Below are positions 11,600-25,601 of a stretch of 64,000 bases of DNA, one piece after another (position 1 is the stretch's first letter; every line of letters starts with the position of its first letter). Origin of the DNA: Squalus acanthias (Eukaryota); NCBI GenBank assembly GCA_030390025.1, contig CM059430.1, positions 74,648,001 through 74,712,000 of the forward strand, in the 5' to 3' direction. The notes under the pieces are model-generated. The model saw only the letters and a program-made list of their open reading frames with translations, had not been told where the DNA came from and ran no database searches. The translations under genes were made by a program, and so were the position numbers.

Positions 11600-13055
11600 C
11601 TGTAAGAGTAAAGTATATGATCAAATAATTTTCGTCATCAGTTTGCATGATTGCAACATAAAACATTTTTTGGTTCGAAAGTGTATTGCAGGATTATGAT
11701 ATCTTACTTAATGTAATTGTGAATATCAGTGTGATATCGATATTAAAACTTGTGATTTATTATATATATTGGCACTGCCCTATACAATATGCAAAATATG
11801 GGATCTGGTGAAGCCACTGCTTTACATTTCACGAGCACTGAAATGTAGTTTTCATTCTCGCGCCGTAACCAGAGATGCTGCCATCTGGTTGTGTACCTCA
11901 AACATGATGTGCCTGATATGTAAACATAGGTATTGACAGCACCGGAAGACCTCTAATAACCATCTCTTAACCCCTGCTTTTCAGAAGACATATGCTGATA
12001 TATTCCTTTCATGTCTAAATCGAATGATCCACTTAAAAACAATACTTACCCTTCTTTAATTCACCCAGACTGTCGAGGCCTGAGTTTCCCTTTGCATACA
12101 CACCCTATAGATTTTTTCAACGCTTTAAAATAATTGACAGAAAAGGTTAGGCAAGTAAAGGCAGAAACAGAAAACCATTTGGAAAGCTGGCGCTGGAATT
12201 CTGTGAAGGTTCTCCCGATCTTTCAAATCTTCGGCGGGAGATGGCTGGACCTCAGAGAAATGTTGTGAATGCTGATTTACAGTATTTATTGTTGGACCAG
12301 CTATCTTCACGCGAGGTTAGAGCAAGACATGGGAAGATGCACCGTGTAATTTCAGGGGCTCGCTATTTTCCCAACATTCATCTGCTCTCTTGAATTTAAA
12401 ACCATTCAACGTCACATCGTTACACCCAAAATTTATTTTGATTTTGTTTACGATTCCCTCTTAGAATATTGAAGCCCTTGAGTCTTCCTTTCACTATCTC
12501 AAACATCTGGCGCTGACTTAGTGCCTCCGTCTGCCCTAGCTATGGAGCATTGATACTAATCTAGTGCTTTTCCTCTATACCGTCTCCCACCCGGATGTCC
12601 ACTTTATGTTTACATGAACGCAACCACGCAAAAAACAGCAAACTAGTGGGATCAATATATGTCTCATCCAAAATCACTGATGACAAGATTAGGAGTACGC
12701 TTTTGTTTTTCTGATTTAATAATGACAGAATGCACACAGGTTTTCCTATTGCTGCCTCCTACCTGTTTCTTAAAGGATTTCAGGGTTTTTATTCTGAACG
12801 ACATCACCGAGATCGCTATACCATGCATTGAACGTTTTTTTGTGTGGAGGATATCACCCTGATATCAGCCAACAATTTCCTTTTTGAAGTTTTGCATCTG
12901 TCGACCCTTATACTACTCCTGCAATTTAGTTGAATTTAATTTAATTTTCCGGAATTTCCGTTTTCACACTAATTCGAATCAAGCATAAACCATAATCCCA
13001 CCATCCAGATGCGTCTTTTTAAGAATGCAAACCCCGAGTTTCTTACTATTTCGAT

Positions 13056-13799
13056 GGGCCGAAAATTGATCCCGGGACGCGAGAGTACGCACTGCGTACT
13101 CTCGCGTATTCCCACTCCAATTGCCGGTTTTCTGCATGCCCTGCGCATGCGCTGAAAACCGGCAATTGCTCTTCCGAAAAGGGGGCGGGGCCGGAGTGCA
13201 TCGCGTGCGCGCTACAGGCTGCGCGCACGCTGTGCACTTCATGCTTTGGACGCGCAGGTAAGTACTGAAGATTTTGGAAATGTAAAAAGGAGGAGTAAGA
13301 CCCGCTTTTAAGAAGGTAAGTAGTGAATTAAGTATTTTTTTGAATTTTTTTTTACAGGTATATCTATTTTATAGACTTTAAAGACAGGTAAGTTTATTTT
13401 TATAAGTTTTTAAAAGATTTTAAATTTTTTCAAAAATTTAATTTTTTTTTTAAAATGGTTAATTTAATTAACTATACTTATTTTATTAATGTGATGGTTT
13501 TTTTTTTAAATTTAATTGAGGTTTAGCTGTTATTTTGGGGGGGTGTAAGATTCATAAGTCTCTCAGCCATGCTGTGAGACTTATGAATGGAAGATGGTGT
13601 GCTGCCATTGGCTCTAACTGAGTCACGTGATCCCACAGCTCGCACGAATTAACTACGCCGCTGGGATACGCAAGCCCAGCACAGCTGATGTCTGGAACAT
13701 CAATTTCGTGCGAGCTGGATCAGAAAAAGCATAAGCGAGGTGAGACATCGCGGGAAAGGCTTACCCCCGCGGGAACAGAGCGAGATCAATTTCTGGGCC
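13056..13799 (+). mobile_element. ~740-bp TIR non-autonomous DNA element
   Basis: TIRs gggccgaaaattgatc / gatcaatttctgggcc, with AT on both flanks. Confidence 0.75.
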
Positions 13800-14705
13800 A
13801 TTATAACTCGAAACTCTAACACTAGCGATTAGCCTTGTGTTCTTCGACGTGTTACCTTCAATGATTGACTTTCTCCAATATTTGTAGGTTTGGGCTAAAT
13901 ACTCAGGATGTAATCTAATTGAAGGACCAAGAAGTTTTATTATGGCTTCCTACAACTTGTCTACTATTGCTTTGACTACATAGTTCAAGAGCGTTTTGGC
14001 ATAATTGAGAGATTCTCTGGATTGATTGACCGTATTGAGCATCAAATCAAATAAGACTCATGTCTTTCAGCTCATCTTCAGTTATTTCAACACAATTCAT
14101 GGGGAGGTATGTTGCCTATGTTTGTTCTTATGTGCAGTAGAATATATTTGTGAGCCTTAAATTTCAACTGATATTATTTTACCTACTAACATACGTCAGC
14201 TAAACCATTTATAATTTCTGCTGCTTCGTCCAATTTCAATGTTCCTGCGAGTTTGGTGTCATCTGTAAATATGACCAATTTCAATTTTATTTCTAAATCC
14301 AAGCCATTAGCGCTCGTAATTATTGTCCGTCCTTCTTGGCTGTAAATGAAATATCATATTTTCTTACTTCATTACTAATAAATACTATCATCAACAACAA
14401 TCCCAAAGCATCATCTATCTGAAACAGAAAGACACTCAAATATAAAATAACAGATCGCATTTGCTGATATCACCTAAATTCAACGAGTAAATCATCTCAA
14501 AATTCCACAGCAATTATGTGGCGGAAGATTGGCGGAACCCCAGTAAAGGGCGTAAATGGCAAAAAAGAACGGACATTGATGCCGTTTCTTCAGTATCCCA
14601 GTCGATTTTCCGTCAAAATTATCACGGGAAGTGTAGATTCGCGCCATAACTTTCCTACACTTGTTCCTCTTTCTCTTTATTTTTCTCACCCTATTGTGTA
14701 ACATT

Positions 14706-16171
14706 GGCCAGAATGTTGCGTTAAGAATAACGACGACGCCATCATTGCACATCGTTGTTATGAAGTCAACCGGACAGCAATTCCCGGCCTCCGCACATGT
14801 GCAGTAAACCAGGAAATCACGAAGTTGTTGTCCAAATTGCGCTGCTGCTGTCCAAGATTTGTGACGTTTCCGATAGACTCGGCATTGAAATGTATGTAAG
14901 GGCGTGAGGTTGCGGTACCCACCACGGGTACCTAATAAACACGGCAGAAAAAGTTAGGCCTTGTGAATTCAGGTATAATTGATTTTTTAACGGCGTGATA
15001 TATGTTTGTTACTGCCGAACAAGCACACTGGCACCGAAAATTTAATTTTAAATGGGCTGGAGATGAAACAAATAAAAATTAATATATTTTTTACTTTTTC
15101 CTTCTGTCTCTTTTAGCTCTCTCTCTCTTAATCATATCTTTCTTTCCCTCTCTTTATTATTCTTGCTGTGCATGATTGTACATTAACTTAAATATTGGCC
15201 AGGAATTTACGGGTCAATGATGGTGCCATCGTACGCACCCCGCAAGTTCCAGGATTCCGCATGCGATGCGTATGCGCGAAAACATGGAAATTGAGATCTC
15301 TCCTTGACAGATCGTAACCATCCGCTACAAATTCACTTACGCCGGTGCAGATTTGGGCTATTTGACCAACTACTGCCCAGGAAACACCCACCAAAATCTT
15401 ACACCTGGAAAAAGAATGCGTAAGGGTTAAAATAAATGTTGACACGAATTTGTTTACATGATTTAAACATTCAGTTACATTTAAAATTAATTTAGGTTAT
15501 TTCTGTCCCATTTAAAAATGTTTACGTTTCTTTTTCAAAAATTACATTTTTATTTTAAATGTTTAATTAAATGGTATTTAAATTAATGTTGAACCTGCGA
15601 TCATTTATTTTTATTTCAGTTTTATGAAGTTGTATTTATTAGGTGATTTCTATTATGCTTATGGCGATTCCGCTCGTAAATGGAATCCTCTTAAGCATAA
15701 TACGAATTCCCCTTTTTCAGTTGTTGGCCTGCTCCATTTGATCCCAGGGACACTTGCGAACTGCATGTGCCCCTGGGATGTGTAGACCTTTAAGCAGGCA
15801 TATGCCTGCAGGCCCAGGACCGCATGTGCCTGATGCTCCGCAGCCATCAGGTAAGTGCGGAGTTTTCTTGCAGTTCAGTGGCGTACGTTGATGGCAAACC
15901 TCTGACTGCAATTTGCTGGCCATTATAACTGACACTTCCTGGTTTAGACTCTGCGTACCTCTGTAATGATTCTTCAGTCTGATTGATTCAAGAGACACGC
16001 CCGTTGCTTCCCCTGTCCACACACGCCATAGATAGCATGTAGATGGTGCTGCGCTGAAAAAGTTCTCCCTTCACATTAAATTGCCTCGTAAAAGCCCAGG
16101 AAACGTCTGTGGGCTGTAAGTGCAATGAACGGCAATCGCCGTTCCTTCACGCTCACCGAAAAATCCAGGCC
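14706..16171 (+). mobile_element. TIR element (related to 36482-37267) carrying a nested TIR element
   Basis: Ends ggccagaatgttg / aaaatccaggcc. Internal homology with 36482-37267 (tttagactctg.gt..ctc.gt.a.gattcttca.tctgattg) resumes after the insert at 15197-15921. Confidence 0.65.
15197..15921 (+). mobile_element. ~725-bp TIR element nested in another
   Basis: Ends ggccaggaattt / aatttgctggcc, with the same internal blocks as 18731-19457 and 63007-63728. Confidence 0.7.
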
Positions 16172-16595
16172 AGTAAATCTGCTTGGTTAATCTCAACCTA
16201 TATGGAAGATGCAGGTAAAGGTAGTACGATAAGCAATTTAACACTAATAAGACAGGCTTTCAATTTTGCACCTATGGTCCAAAGTGTCTGAAGTGAAAAT
16301 CGCGGAACTACAGTGGCGTGTGAGTGTTTCTCCATCTTGGACTTCGTACACATAATCAGGACAGAGTTGGTTTGTTTTTCAGTTAAAACACTGTACGAGG
16401 ATACAGAGAAAGGAGACTAAAGTAGATTTTTTTCCTCCTCTAAATCTCACGTCATTCATCAGAATGAACATATGTACATCATCAAACATAAAAGTGTAAA
16501 CATTTAGTTAAACCTCTATAACATAAATTAATGTTTATTCAAACACAGCACCATCGCTTTATTCTTCAAACAAGGGGTGAAATATATAAACATAC

Positions 16596-16633
16596 CGGTT
16601 CTTCACAATGATGAGATCCATCTTGATTAATCT
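16596..16633 (-). CDS. Exon 5: short cytoplasmic exon
   Basis: Acceptor ttttattttgctggacacag|, donor CCG|GTATG, 38 nt, (E)INQDGSHHCEEP. It starts in phase 1 and ends in phase 0, which is the change needed to join the TM exon to the ITIM exon in frame. Confidence 0.75.
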
Positions 16634-17134
16634 CTGTGTCCAGCAAAATAAAAAATGCAGAAAAAACTGTGAATTTCTTGGTTACGGTGCAAGTGAGCAA
16701 GTAGAGATAAATGCAACTTCGACTCAGCCTACTGTCTGCCAGTATTTGGTGATGCCAATTCCACATATATTTCCAATCGCCGTGCATCTGAATCGTCCTG
16801 TATCATAATTACTGTCATGCACTTGAATTACTACATGCGAAAAATCACATAACCTAAATTGTACCTATATTAACAGTAACCATAACATGTTGTGATAGAA
16901 TTCAAAGTTAATTTGAATTATACATTCATCTTAGCTGCGTAAAAATACAAACATATATCTTGCATTAGCGGACGAAAAACGATTTCTGTATTTAAGTTAT
17001 CAGATGTCCATTCCAGTCCCACTAAAACATTATCATTAATGCCAGTGACAATAACGCCGCGTTTCTCGATCTACTGAGGATACCTTCCTTTTTTATTGAG
17101 GTTATTAAACATAAACCATTGAGCCGTTGCTTAC

Positions 17135-17248
17135 CTATGCGATTCCGCAACTGGCATCGTTTCCCAATTATGATCCCCAGCACGAGACATACGAGTCCAC
17201 TGACTACACATACAGCCGTCAGTAAGTATTCCAGTTTAATGCCAATGC
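17135..17248 (-). CDS. Exon 4: transmembrane segment
   Basis: Acceptor ttaattttacag|, donor G|GTAAG, 114 nt, phase 1-1. Translation: (G)IGIKLEYLLTAVCVVSGLVCLVLGIIIGKRCQLRNRI, a ~22-aa uncharged hydrophobic helix followed by basic stop-transfer residues. Confidence 0.9.
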
Positions 17249-18169
17249 CTGTAAAATTAATAAATATAACTGGAACGCTGTGCAATGTAGGAGTTACCAT
17301 ACACTCATGACTCCAAAAAGACTGTTTTTTCGGTACTGGAACATTATTCGTTAACTTGAACCATGCATTTAAAATCTACATTCATGAACTTTTTTTCACA
17401 TAGGCGCAACTAGAATGCGTTTAAAATTATAACAAATAACATTTTGATGAGATTAAGCTTGATTGTTGGTATTTTATCAGGCAATTCACCAGTGCCTGTT
17501 TCTTTGAATTTGTGTTCCTTTGTTCTGTTTTGTTTGGATAGCGCCAGTCAAAGCACACAAGCTAGCTGCGCCGTGCAATTGCTTGCGCCTATCTCAGGAC
17601 GACATACAGCAGACAGTTCGCAGTTTCAATCTTTTCCGCCAATAAGAAATATTGATCCAACTTTAAGAAGCTGTACCTCTACATTGACCTGAGGTCTGGG
17701 GCAGCCGACGTGTTCGGGACCGGGTGTGAACAGTGCAAGCATCATAGGAATGGAGACCCGGGTGAGCGGGAATAATACATACTGGAAGCTCTAAAACTGG
17801 AAAAGGATATCTGAGGGCATTGGCCCTGCAGGATCAGCAGGACCTGGGATTACGACAATTAGAACAGTTTCAAGGTAGTTGGAGACTGCAATCGGTCGCA
17901 GAGTCAGAGACAAACACAGTACGAGGAGAGATAGAGACGAGGTCACAGGAAGCTGAAGTGAAATAACACTCAATCAATTACTTTTAAATCGCTTTCGCGG
18001 CAAATTTCCAAACGTCAAAATTTAAAATTTAAAAGCGTTTGAAGAACTTACAAAGTCCAGATTGGAGAAATGATGTGACAGGCGAAGAGTTAGATCGAAA
18101 GTTAAAGAAACACTATTGGTGTGAGAAAGAATCTTGACAGGTAGCTCATGGAGTTAACAAGGGATATAG

Positions 18170-18660
18170 AGGCACAAGAGAATGTGCAAACACGATTTAC
18201 ATAATGATTCCAGAACTGAGAGGGTGTAACTATCAAAAACAATGAAGTGACTTTTCTTTTCTCAAGAAAAGACAAGACTGAGAGGTGAACTTATAAAGGT
18301 GTTTAACATCATGAAGGGGTTCGATTGGGTAGGCATAGATCAGGGGTTTTCACTTTTTGGGTAATCGGAAACAAATGGCCGTCAATATAACATAGTCACT
18401 GATTAATCCAATAAGACATTCAGCTGAAATGTCTTTTCTTAGTGATTCGTGACAATGTGGAACTCGCTACCATATGGAGTGGTTCAGGTGAAGAGCTAGA
18501 TGCATTTAAGCGGTATCTAAAGAAGCACATGAGGGAGAAAGGAATACAAGGCGATGTTGATAAGGTGACATTAAGTTAATAGACTGGGAGTAGGATCATG
18601 TGGAGCATAAACACCGGCTGTGCGGCCAAAGCCGTGTTTCTGAGCTGTAAATTATGTGTA
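18170..18660 (+). mobile_element. CR1 3' fragment
   Basis: Remnant RLRGELIKVF..MWNSLP and a CR1-type 3' tail. Confidence 0.75.
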
Positions 18661-18730
18661 ACATTGAAATATCTGATGGGGTACTACTTGTCGATACTAG
18701 ATGGGAACTTGAGCGGTAAATAGGGATAAC

Positions 18731-19457
18731 GGCCCTGAAATTCCGTTCCCTACGTGTGAGTAGACGCTGTGTACTCACCCGTAGGGCCAATGGAAGTGCC
18801 GGTTTCGCGACGGCACAGCGCATGCGCTGGAAAACGGAACTTCAACCGCGTGCGCCTGAGAGGCAGCGCCTACGCATCGAATTTCCGTGTTTTTTTCATT
18901 TGATGCAGTGCGGGTAAGTCCCTAGCAGCTGCGCGTGGAAAAAGCAGGTGCAAGGCCTGCGTTTAACAAGGTAAGAGGTGAAGTAAAAGTAAAATATTTT
19001 TTCCACAGGTTTATCATTTTAAAATACTTTAAATAAAGGTAAGTATATTTTTGGCCCCGTTAAAAATATTGAATTATTTTTTTTAAAAAATTTAATTTTT
19101 GTTTAAATTCGTTAATTTATGTAATTTATAGTTATTTAAAAAAATAATTTTTTAATAATTTATTTGAAGTTTTACTTTGGTTTTGGGGCCGATCTCTATT
19201 CATAGATTTGATGGGTCTTCCTGTCAAATCTATGAATAGAGATTCCCTGTTCCGATTTGCTCCTCATGGCCCACGTGATCCCAGGGACGCTGAGAACTAT
19301 CTGCGCCCCTGGGATATGCGTGCCCTGCCCGCCGGCAGCTGGAGCAGGCACAGGAACGGAATTCTGCGCGGGCCCAGAGCATAACGGTAGGCGCGCTTCT
19401 TAAGTGCAGCTCGGGGGCTTGCGTCCGCGGGAAGCCTCCGACCGGAATTTCTGGGCC
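18731..19457 (+). mobile_element. ~727-bp TIR non-autonomous DNA element
   Basis: TIRs ggccctgaaattccg / cggaatttctgggcc. Confidence 0.75.
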
Positions 19458-20929
19458 ATTATTTCTTTGACATTACCACAAACATATGTCTACAGGGGGA
19501 GTTTTCAATGTAGAATGGCATCAGCATGAGAATTACTAAATATAATAGTTTTTTTGGCATTCATTTACATAATAATTGTTAGTTCACAATGAAGCAATTT
19601 GCTTTTGTATCAGTAACCAGTTACTTTTTATTTGCGTTTTGATTCCGATTTCAGGGCTTTGACCTGGTGTGAAAATCTAAGGTCACAGATTCACTTGCGT
19701 CCTCGCTATCGAACGCAACCTCTAATTTTCAGACGGAACAAATGGTTTCAAATTTTAACGAGTTGGGAGGTAATTCCAACTCTTAACGATAGTGGAAAAC
19801 GAGCAATGTCAGAACTGACTCTCGTTGCACACCTCTGATATCCTTTATCACACACTATCGCCAAAAGTTACATCCAACTCCGTGGAATTCTACTGCAGTG
19901 TTTATAAGTTTTGCCTAATCTCCCACCAAAACGTCTGCAGGAGACCGGAGGACCCTGCTCGCAAATTAGAGGCGGGTGTTACAATTTAACTTGAATCTGC
20001 ACCGAACAGATATGCGGCGTTCTTCATAGGATCTTCGCACACGGATTTGGTTTGACACAGCTGGGAGTATATATCTAGTGCGATGATAAATATCTTGAAT
20101 CTCTCGCACAATTTGCAAACCTACTAAACTTGATTCTAAATATCTGGCGACCGGAGATGTTTTCTATCAGTTCCATCAATATTTATAACTTGATTTATTG
20201 GGAGACAGTTTCCCCCATGCTTGTATCCAGATTCCTGTACATTTCGTGCCGTCAAATATTTTTACGCGGGTGGTCCCCTATCTCCCGCCGTAAATTCGGC
20301 GGTAGATTACCGGCAACTCCGGTGAAACTGCGTCAAACACTATTTCTTGTGATTTCCACCTATCTTCCGCCAGTTTATAGCGGTAGATCAACAGAAATTT
20401 GCAATTTCACCCCTTGCTATTTCGAACAAACGCAGGAACCAGACAATTGGCCCGTGGCGTTGCCAGTATGGAACCAGAAACTGCAATTACTGATGAAGAA
20501 CTATTGCATTAGATTTTGATATGCATTACATAACAATGGACCAGATTTTGCTCTCAGCGGGGTACGAAACGCCCACCGAAAAGCATGAAGCCTGCTACAG
20601 TGTATCTGGGACCCGTGTGAACAGGGCAAACAACTGTATATCTCCTTAATCAATCAGATTCAATAATCTTTCATGAGAAGCGCAGAGTCTGGTGCAGGAA
20701 GTGTCAGTTAGAAAATTGAAAACAATGTCAACTAAATATATACATTTGTTAAAAGTTTAAATCTCAAACAATAACTACAATCTGAAGGAATGAGACTCCA
20801 CACTTGTAAAAGTTATTTTTCATTGCCAGAGAAGTTGTTTGTCAGTCATTGAGACTTACCAGACCTTTAACAGGGTACTTATATGGAATCGAAAAGCCCT
20901 AAGAGTTTACACAGAATTCTGTAGATTAT

Positions 20930-23900
20930 GCAGCACAGGAACCGGCAATTCTATCCAACTACTCTCTGCTGGTGTTCATACTCCTGACAAATCTCCCACA
21001 ACCCATTCCATCTATCACTTCTCAGCCTTTCAGCATAACTTTCCATTCCATTTTCTCTCATCTATTGGTATGGTTTCCTTTTGAAAGCATCTAAGCTATG
21101 TGCCTCAATTATTTCTTGTGGTAGTGAGTTCCACATTCTAACCACTCGTTGAGGAAAGACATTTCGACTTATTTCCATATTGGATTTATTAATAACTATC
21201 TCGTATTTATGGCCCTTAGTTTTGGATTCTCCCACAAGTGGAAACATTATCTCCAAATCCAGCCTTCCAACCATTCATAATTTTGAACACTTCTATCAGG
21301 TCTCCTCTCAGTCTTCTCTTTTCTAAAGAAAAAAGCCCAACCTGTTCAATCTTTTTCAATAGCTGTATTCTCCCAGTTTTGGTACTATCCGTGCATGTTT
21401 TGTCCTTTTCCCAGTGCTTCCCTATTATTTTTGTAGCATGGAGACCATAACTGTGCAACGTACGTTAAGCGTGGCCTGCTCAGGGTCCTATACATGTTTA
21501 AATAACTTCCCTACTTCTGAATTCTATACGCCAGGAAACAAATCCCTGTGCTTTGTTAGCATTTTAATTGTTTTTCTGACATCCCATGCTGCTTCTAATG
21601 ATTTGTGCTCCTGTATCCCGATATACTTTCGCTCTTCTACCCCATTCAATTAATTATTTTGCAAAGTGTAGGTTAGGTTTCTGTTTTTCCAACCAAAGTG
21701 TTTCATCTCACAATTATCTTACATTTATTATGTTCAAGTTCATTTGCCACTTAACTGCAAGTTTTCTAATACATTATTGTATTAGGTTGCATTCTTCCTG
21801 TGTTAGCTGTACCTCCAAGTTTGGTATCATCTGTCAATTTTGATGTTCAGTTAGTTATTCCTAAGTCACAATCATTAAGGTAAATTATCAATATCAATGG
21901 CCCCAGGACTGATCCTTATACAAGACGACTTTCTACCTTTCTCCAATCTGAATAACTACCCTTTACCCCATCTCTCTGCTTTCTGTTTTTTCAGCCAATT
22001 TGCTGTCCATTCAGCTATTTTTCCCCTGTCTCCTCATACCCTAACATTTGTCATGAATCTACTGTGTGGTACGTTATCAAACTCGTTTTTGAAAATCCAA
22101 TATGTGACATCTACTGCAATAAACATTGTCTGCTCGTTCTGTTCCTTCTTCAAAGAATGCTATCGGGTTAATTACCTTGACTTAGACGTTTGGAATCCAT
22201 GCTGTCTATTTTGTAGGATATTTTCTGTCTCTAAATGCGCTCTATGGTTGATTTTAGTATAGATTCCAGTACCTTACCTATCACTGACGTTAAGCTCACT
22301 GGTTTTGCACAACGATCGATGATGTGACGAATGTTGCTCACCATTTCTACAAACGATTTGGACTCGGGAAGCGGAAGTTCTATTTTAAAATTTGCAGATG
22401 TCCTAAAATTGGGGGTGTACTTAATACGGAAGAGGACTGTGACAAAATACAGGAAGACATTAAGTAACTTGCATAATGAGTGCGTAATTGCCAAATTGAC
22501 TTCAACATAGATAAGTGCGAGGTAATAGACTTTGGCAGGAAGAATAAAGGGGCCACATACTCCTTTGGAAAATAAGTGTCTAAATGCGGTAGAGCAGCAG
22601 AGGGATCTGGGGATACAGATAGACAGATCACTAAAAGTAGCGATGCAGGTAAATAAAGCCATAGAAAAAGCAATCAATGCACTGGGGGTCATTTATAGAG
22701 GGATAGCATTGAGAAGCAGGTCAGTTATTTTAAATGTGTATAGAACCACACTTGGAGCACTGTGAACAATTCAGCACTCCATAATATAAAGAGGATATAG
22801 AGGCACTGGAGAAGGCTAAACAAAATATATTTACTGGAATGATATCACAACTGAGAGGTTATACATATCAGGAAAGAGTGAACAGGCTTGGGCTCCTTTC
22901 TCTGGAAAAGAGAAGACTGAGGGATGACCTGATGGAAGTCTTCAAGATTATGACAGAGTTTTATAGGGTAGACGTAGAGACGCTGTTTCTACTTGCAGGC
23001 GAGACCAGAACTAAGGGCCATAAATATAAGATAGTCACTAAGAAATTACAAAAGCTATTCAGGAGAAAGTTCTTTACCCAGAGAGTGGTGAGAATGTGGA
23101 ACTCGCTACCACAGAGAATAGTTGAGGCGAATACCATAGAACCATTCAAGTTAATGCTAGGTAAGCACTTGAGGGAGAAAGCATTAGAAGGATATGTTGA
23201 TGGTGTTAGATGAAGAGGTGTGGGGGGAGGCTTTTCTGGAGCATAAACACTGGCCAGAACCTGTTAGGCCGAATGGCTTGTTTCTGTGTTGTAAATACTT
23301 TTGCAATTTTATTAAACTAGTGCGTCTGCTATCTCCTCTCTAAATTACTTGAGTATGCGTGGGTGCATAGCATCCGTATCTGTGGTTTTATCATCTTTCA
23401 GTTTTCCTAGTTATTCAACTATTTTCTCCGTTTCTGTCCCAACTTTATTAATATTCTTGTTAACTCATCCTCTCGTGACGTGTCTATTTCGTTATCTTCT
23501 TCAGTAACAACTGAGGCGAAGTAATTATTCAATAGTTCTGCCATTTCTCTGTCATTACCCGTGAGTTAATGTTAGTAATCCTTTAGGGGCCCTATCGCTA
23601 CTTGAATTTTAATTTTGTTATTTGTATGTCTATAGAACATTTTGTTATTACTTTTTATATTCCTTGATAATTTGATTTGGTAATTTCTCTTGGTGTTCTT
23701 GCTGTTATCCTAACTTCTCTCCTTCGTATAGGGTTTTGACCTCCCCACCCCCTATTTATTACCCAATACTTCTTATGTGTCCTTTTCTTTAAGATTCACT
23801 GTTCTGATCCTTACTGCAAATTATTGCCTCCAGTTAATCCATCATGTTTCAAGTACTACTTACATTGCTATGCTAACAGTTTAACTTATTATTCCTCTCT

Positions 23901-24900
23901 CTTTGTTTTTAATATATATTTTCTGTTTAACGTTGATGACTTCATCCGATCTCTGGCCATTCGTGTTATCTTTATTCTATCCTTTAGTTTGTCCTTTAAT
24001 ATATTTCCCTTGTTCTTTTATTGTTAGTTTTCTGTAATTTCGAGCAGTTCCTTCCTCCCTTGTTATGTGTGTAAAGTGTTATTTACAGTCCATTTATCCT
24101 TTCCGCTCGGACCTTGACCTGCTCGGTTCAGATGCAAACCAGCCCAACGGTACAACTCCTTCCTGTCCCAGTACTGGTGCCAGTGACCCACTTGCTGACA
24201 CAAATCTTTTAGCCACGTGTTGACATTCCTAATCTATTCTTCCCCGTGCCAATTTGCACGTGGATCGGCAATAATCCAGAGATTATTACCCTTGATATCT
24301 TGCTTTTCAATCTTTCCTATATCATTGGTTCCGACATAGATTACAACAACTGGTTCCCACCCCTCACTTTCCAATTTTTTTCCAGCAGTTTTGAGATTTC
24401 CCTTATCCTTGATCCTGACTGCAAAGAATACTATCTACCACTAATTATTAAAAACCTACAACTATAACCATTCTACTCTACTTCTCCTCCCCTTCGACAG
24501 CCTACAGCTCCACAGTGTGTTGATCGACATTTTAGTTGACCTTCCCACAGTCTCACTTACTTTCCTCACATGTATCGTGTAAGTTATACCTGTTGGGCAG
24601 CGGCACTGTCTGCTGGGCCTCCTACACCAACTCGCCAACGTTCCCATTACCCGGCAGACAGACAGCCACACTCTCCCCTTACTGCACCTGTGCTGGCCTT
24701 TGTTGTTTGAATTTCCTCTGCAGTAAATTATCCAATTATTCCTCCTCGACCTCCTCCTTATTTGTCTCGAGGCAGAGAACTTTCTTGGAGATGTCGCAGT
24801 CTGGGTCACTGTCGATGTCCGCAAACACCCTCGTACTACAATTCCGGCATACAGCCTGCACTGCCATATCATTATTAATTAATTCATTGATTTATTTGTT
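20930..24900 (-). mobile_element. Old CR1 (minus strand) interrupted by an opposite-strand CR1 3' fragment
   Basis: Minus-strand RT remnants at 21062-22300 and ORF2/ORF1 remnants at 23310-24900 flank the plus-strand insert. Confidence 0.7.
22310..23300 (+). mobile_element. CR1 3' fragment nested in an older CR1
   Basis: QRDLGIQID..., LEKRRLRDDLMEVFKIM..FFTQRVVRMWNSLP and a 3' tail. Confidence 0.85.
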
Positions 24901-25601
24901 GGTTATACGTAGTTTATTTCTTGAAATATTTGGTCACTTGAAGTCTAGATTTATTAAATAGGTGGAGTTAGCTTATGTTAAATAAATTAGTATTTTTAAC
25001 GTGATTAATTACGTAGTTATTCATCAGCTATTAGCGTCTTTAAGTGGAGTTAGAATGTAATCACATAACCACTTTGAATTAAACTTTCTTTCAATAATAT
25101 TAAATCCGTACTAAGTCAAGTTTAACACTAACCACTGAGGATAACAAACACACAAAGTGATATCTAGATACTTTCCGATATACTTATTTTAGTTTTCCTC
25201 GAGTTCTGCTGATCCTCTTTGTGTGTTGATTATGACATCGCGTTTTCTATTTCCACTGGTGCGATTATTTACCTATTTACTGTTGCCCCTTGGTTTAAAG
25301 CACTTCGCACCTCTTTCCCCCGATGCACCGAATTCACACTCTCGACAAATTCCCGTTGCTACTCTGTTTAGTAAGCCACTCTCTTCAGCATATATTCCCA
25401 GCACTTTTCGTATATATTACTTAAGTACAACAACTTCCCATCGGCAGACAAACGGGACGATACGAGACCAGGGCATCTCGGACAGCAATTTACTGATTTC
25501 CACATTTAACTTCGCATGTACGGTCCCCGGAATTTGGCGGCCGATTTCCACGTAAATAACGGTGAGCGCTCTTAATAAAGACTTACTCCTTGGCATCTTA
25601 C

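Noticed and set aside
19655-19910. Plus-strand segment with SELTLVA and EFYCSV, reminiscent of an Ig constant domain
   Set aside because: The motifs are in different frames with stops and there is no clear donor. Too weak to call.
17249-25601. Second C1 exon that would give a canonical V-C1-C1 SIRP
   Set aside because: I found no minus-strand open segment with FYP/W/YxCxVxH motifs in introns 2 or 3, which are mostly TE-derived. This was a manual search only.
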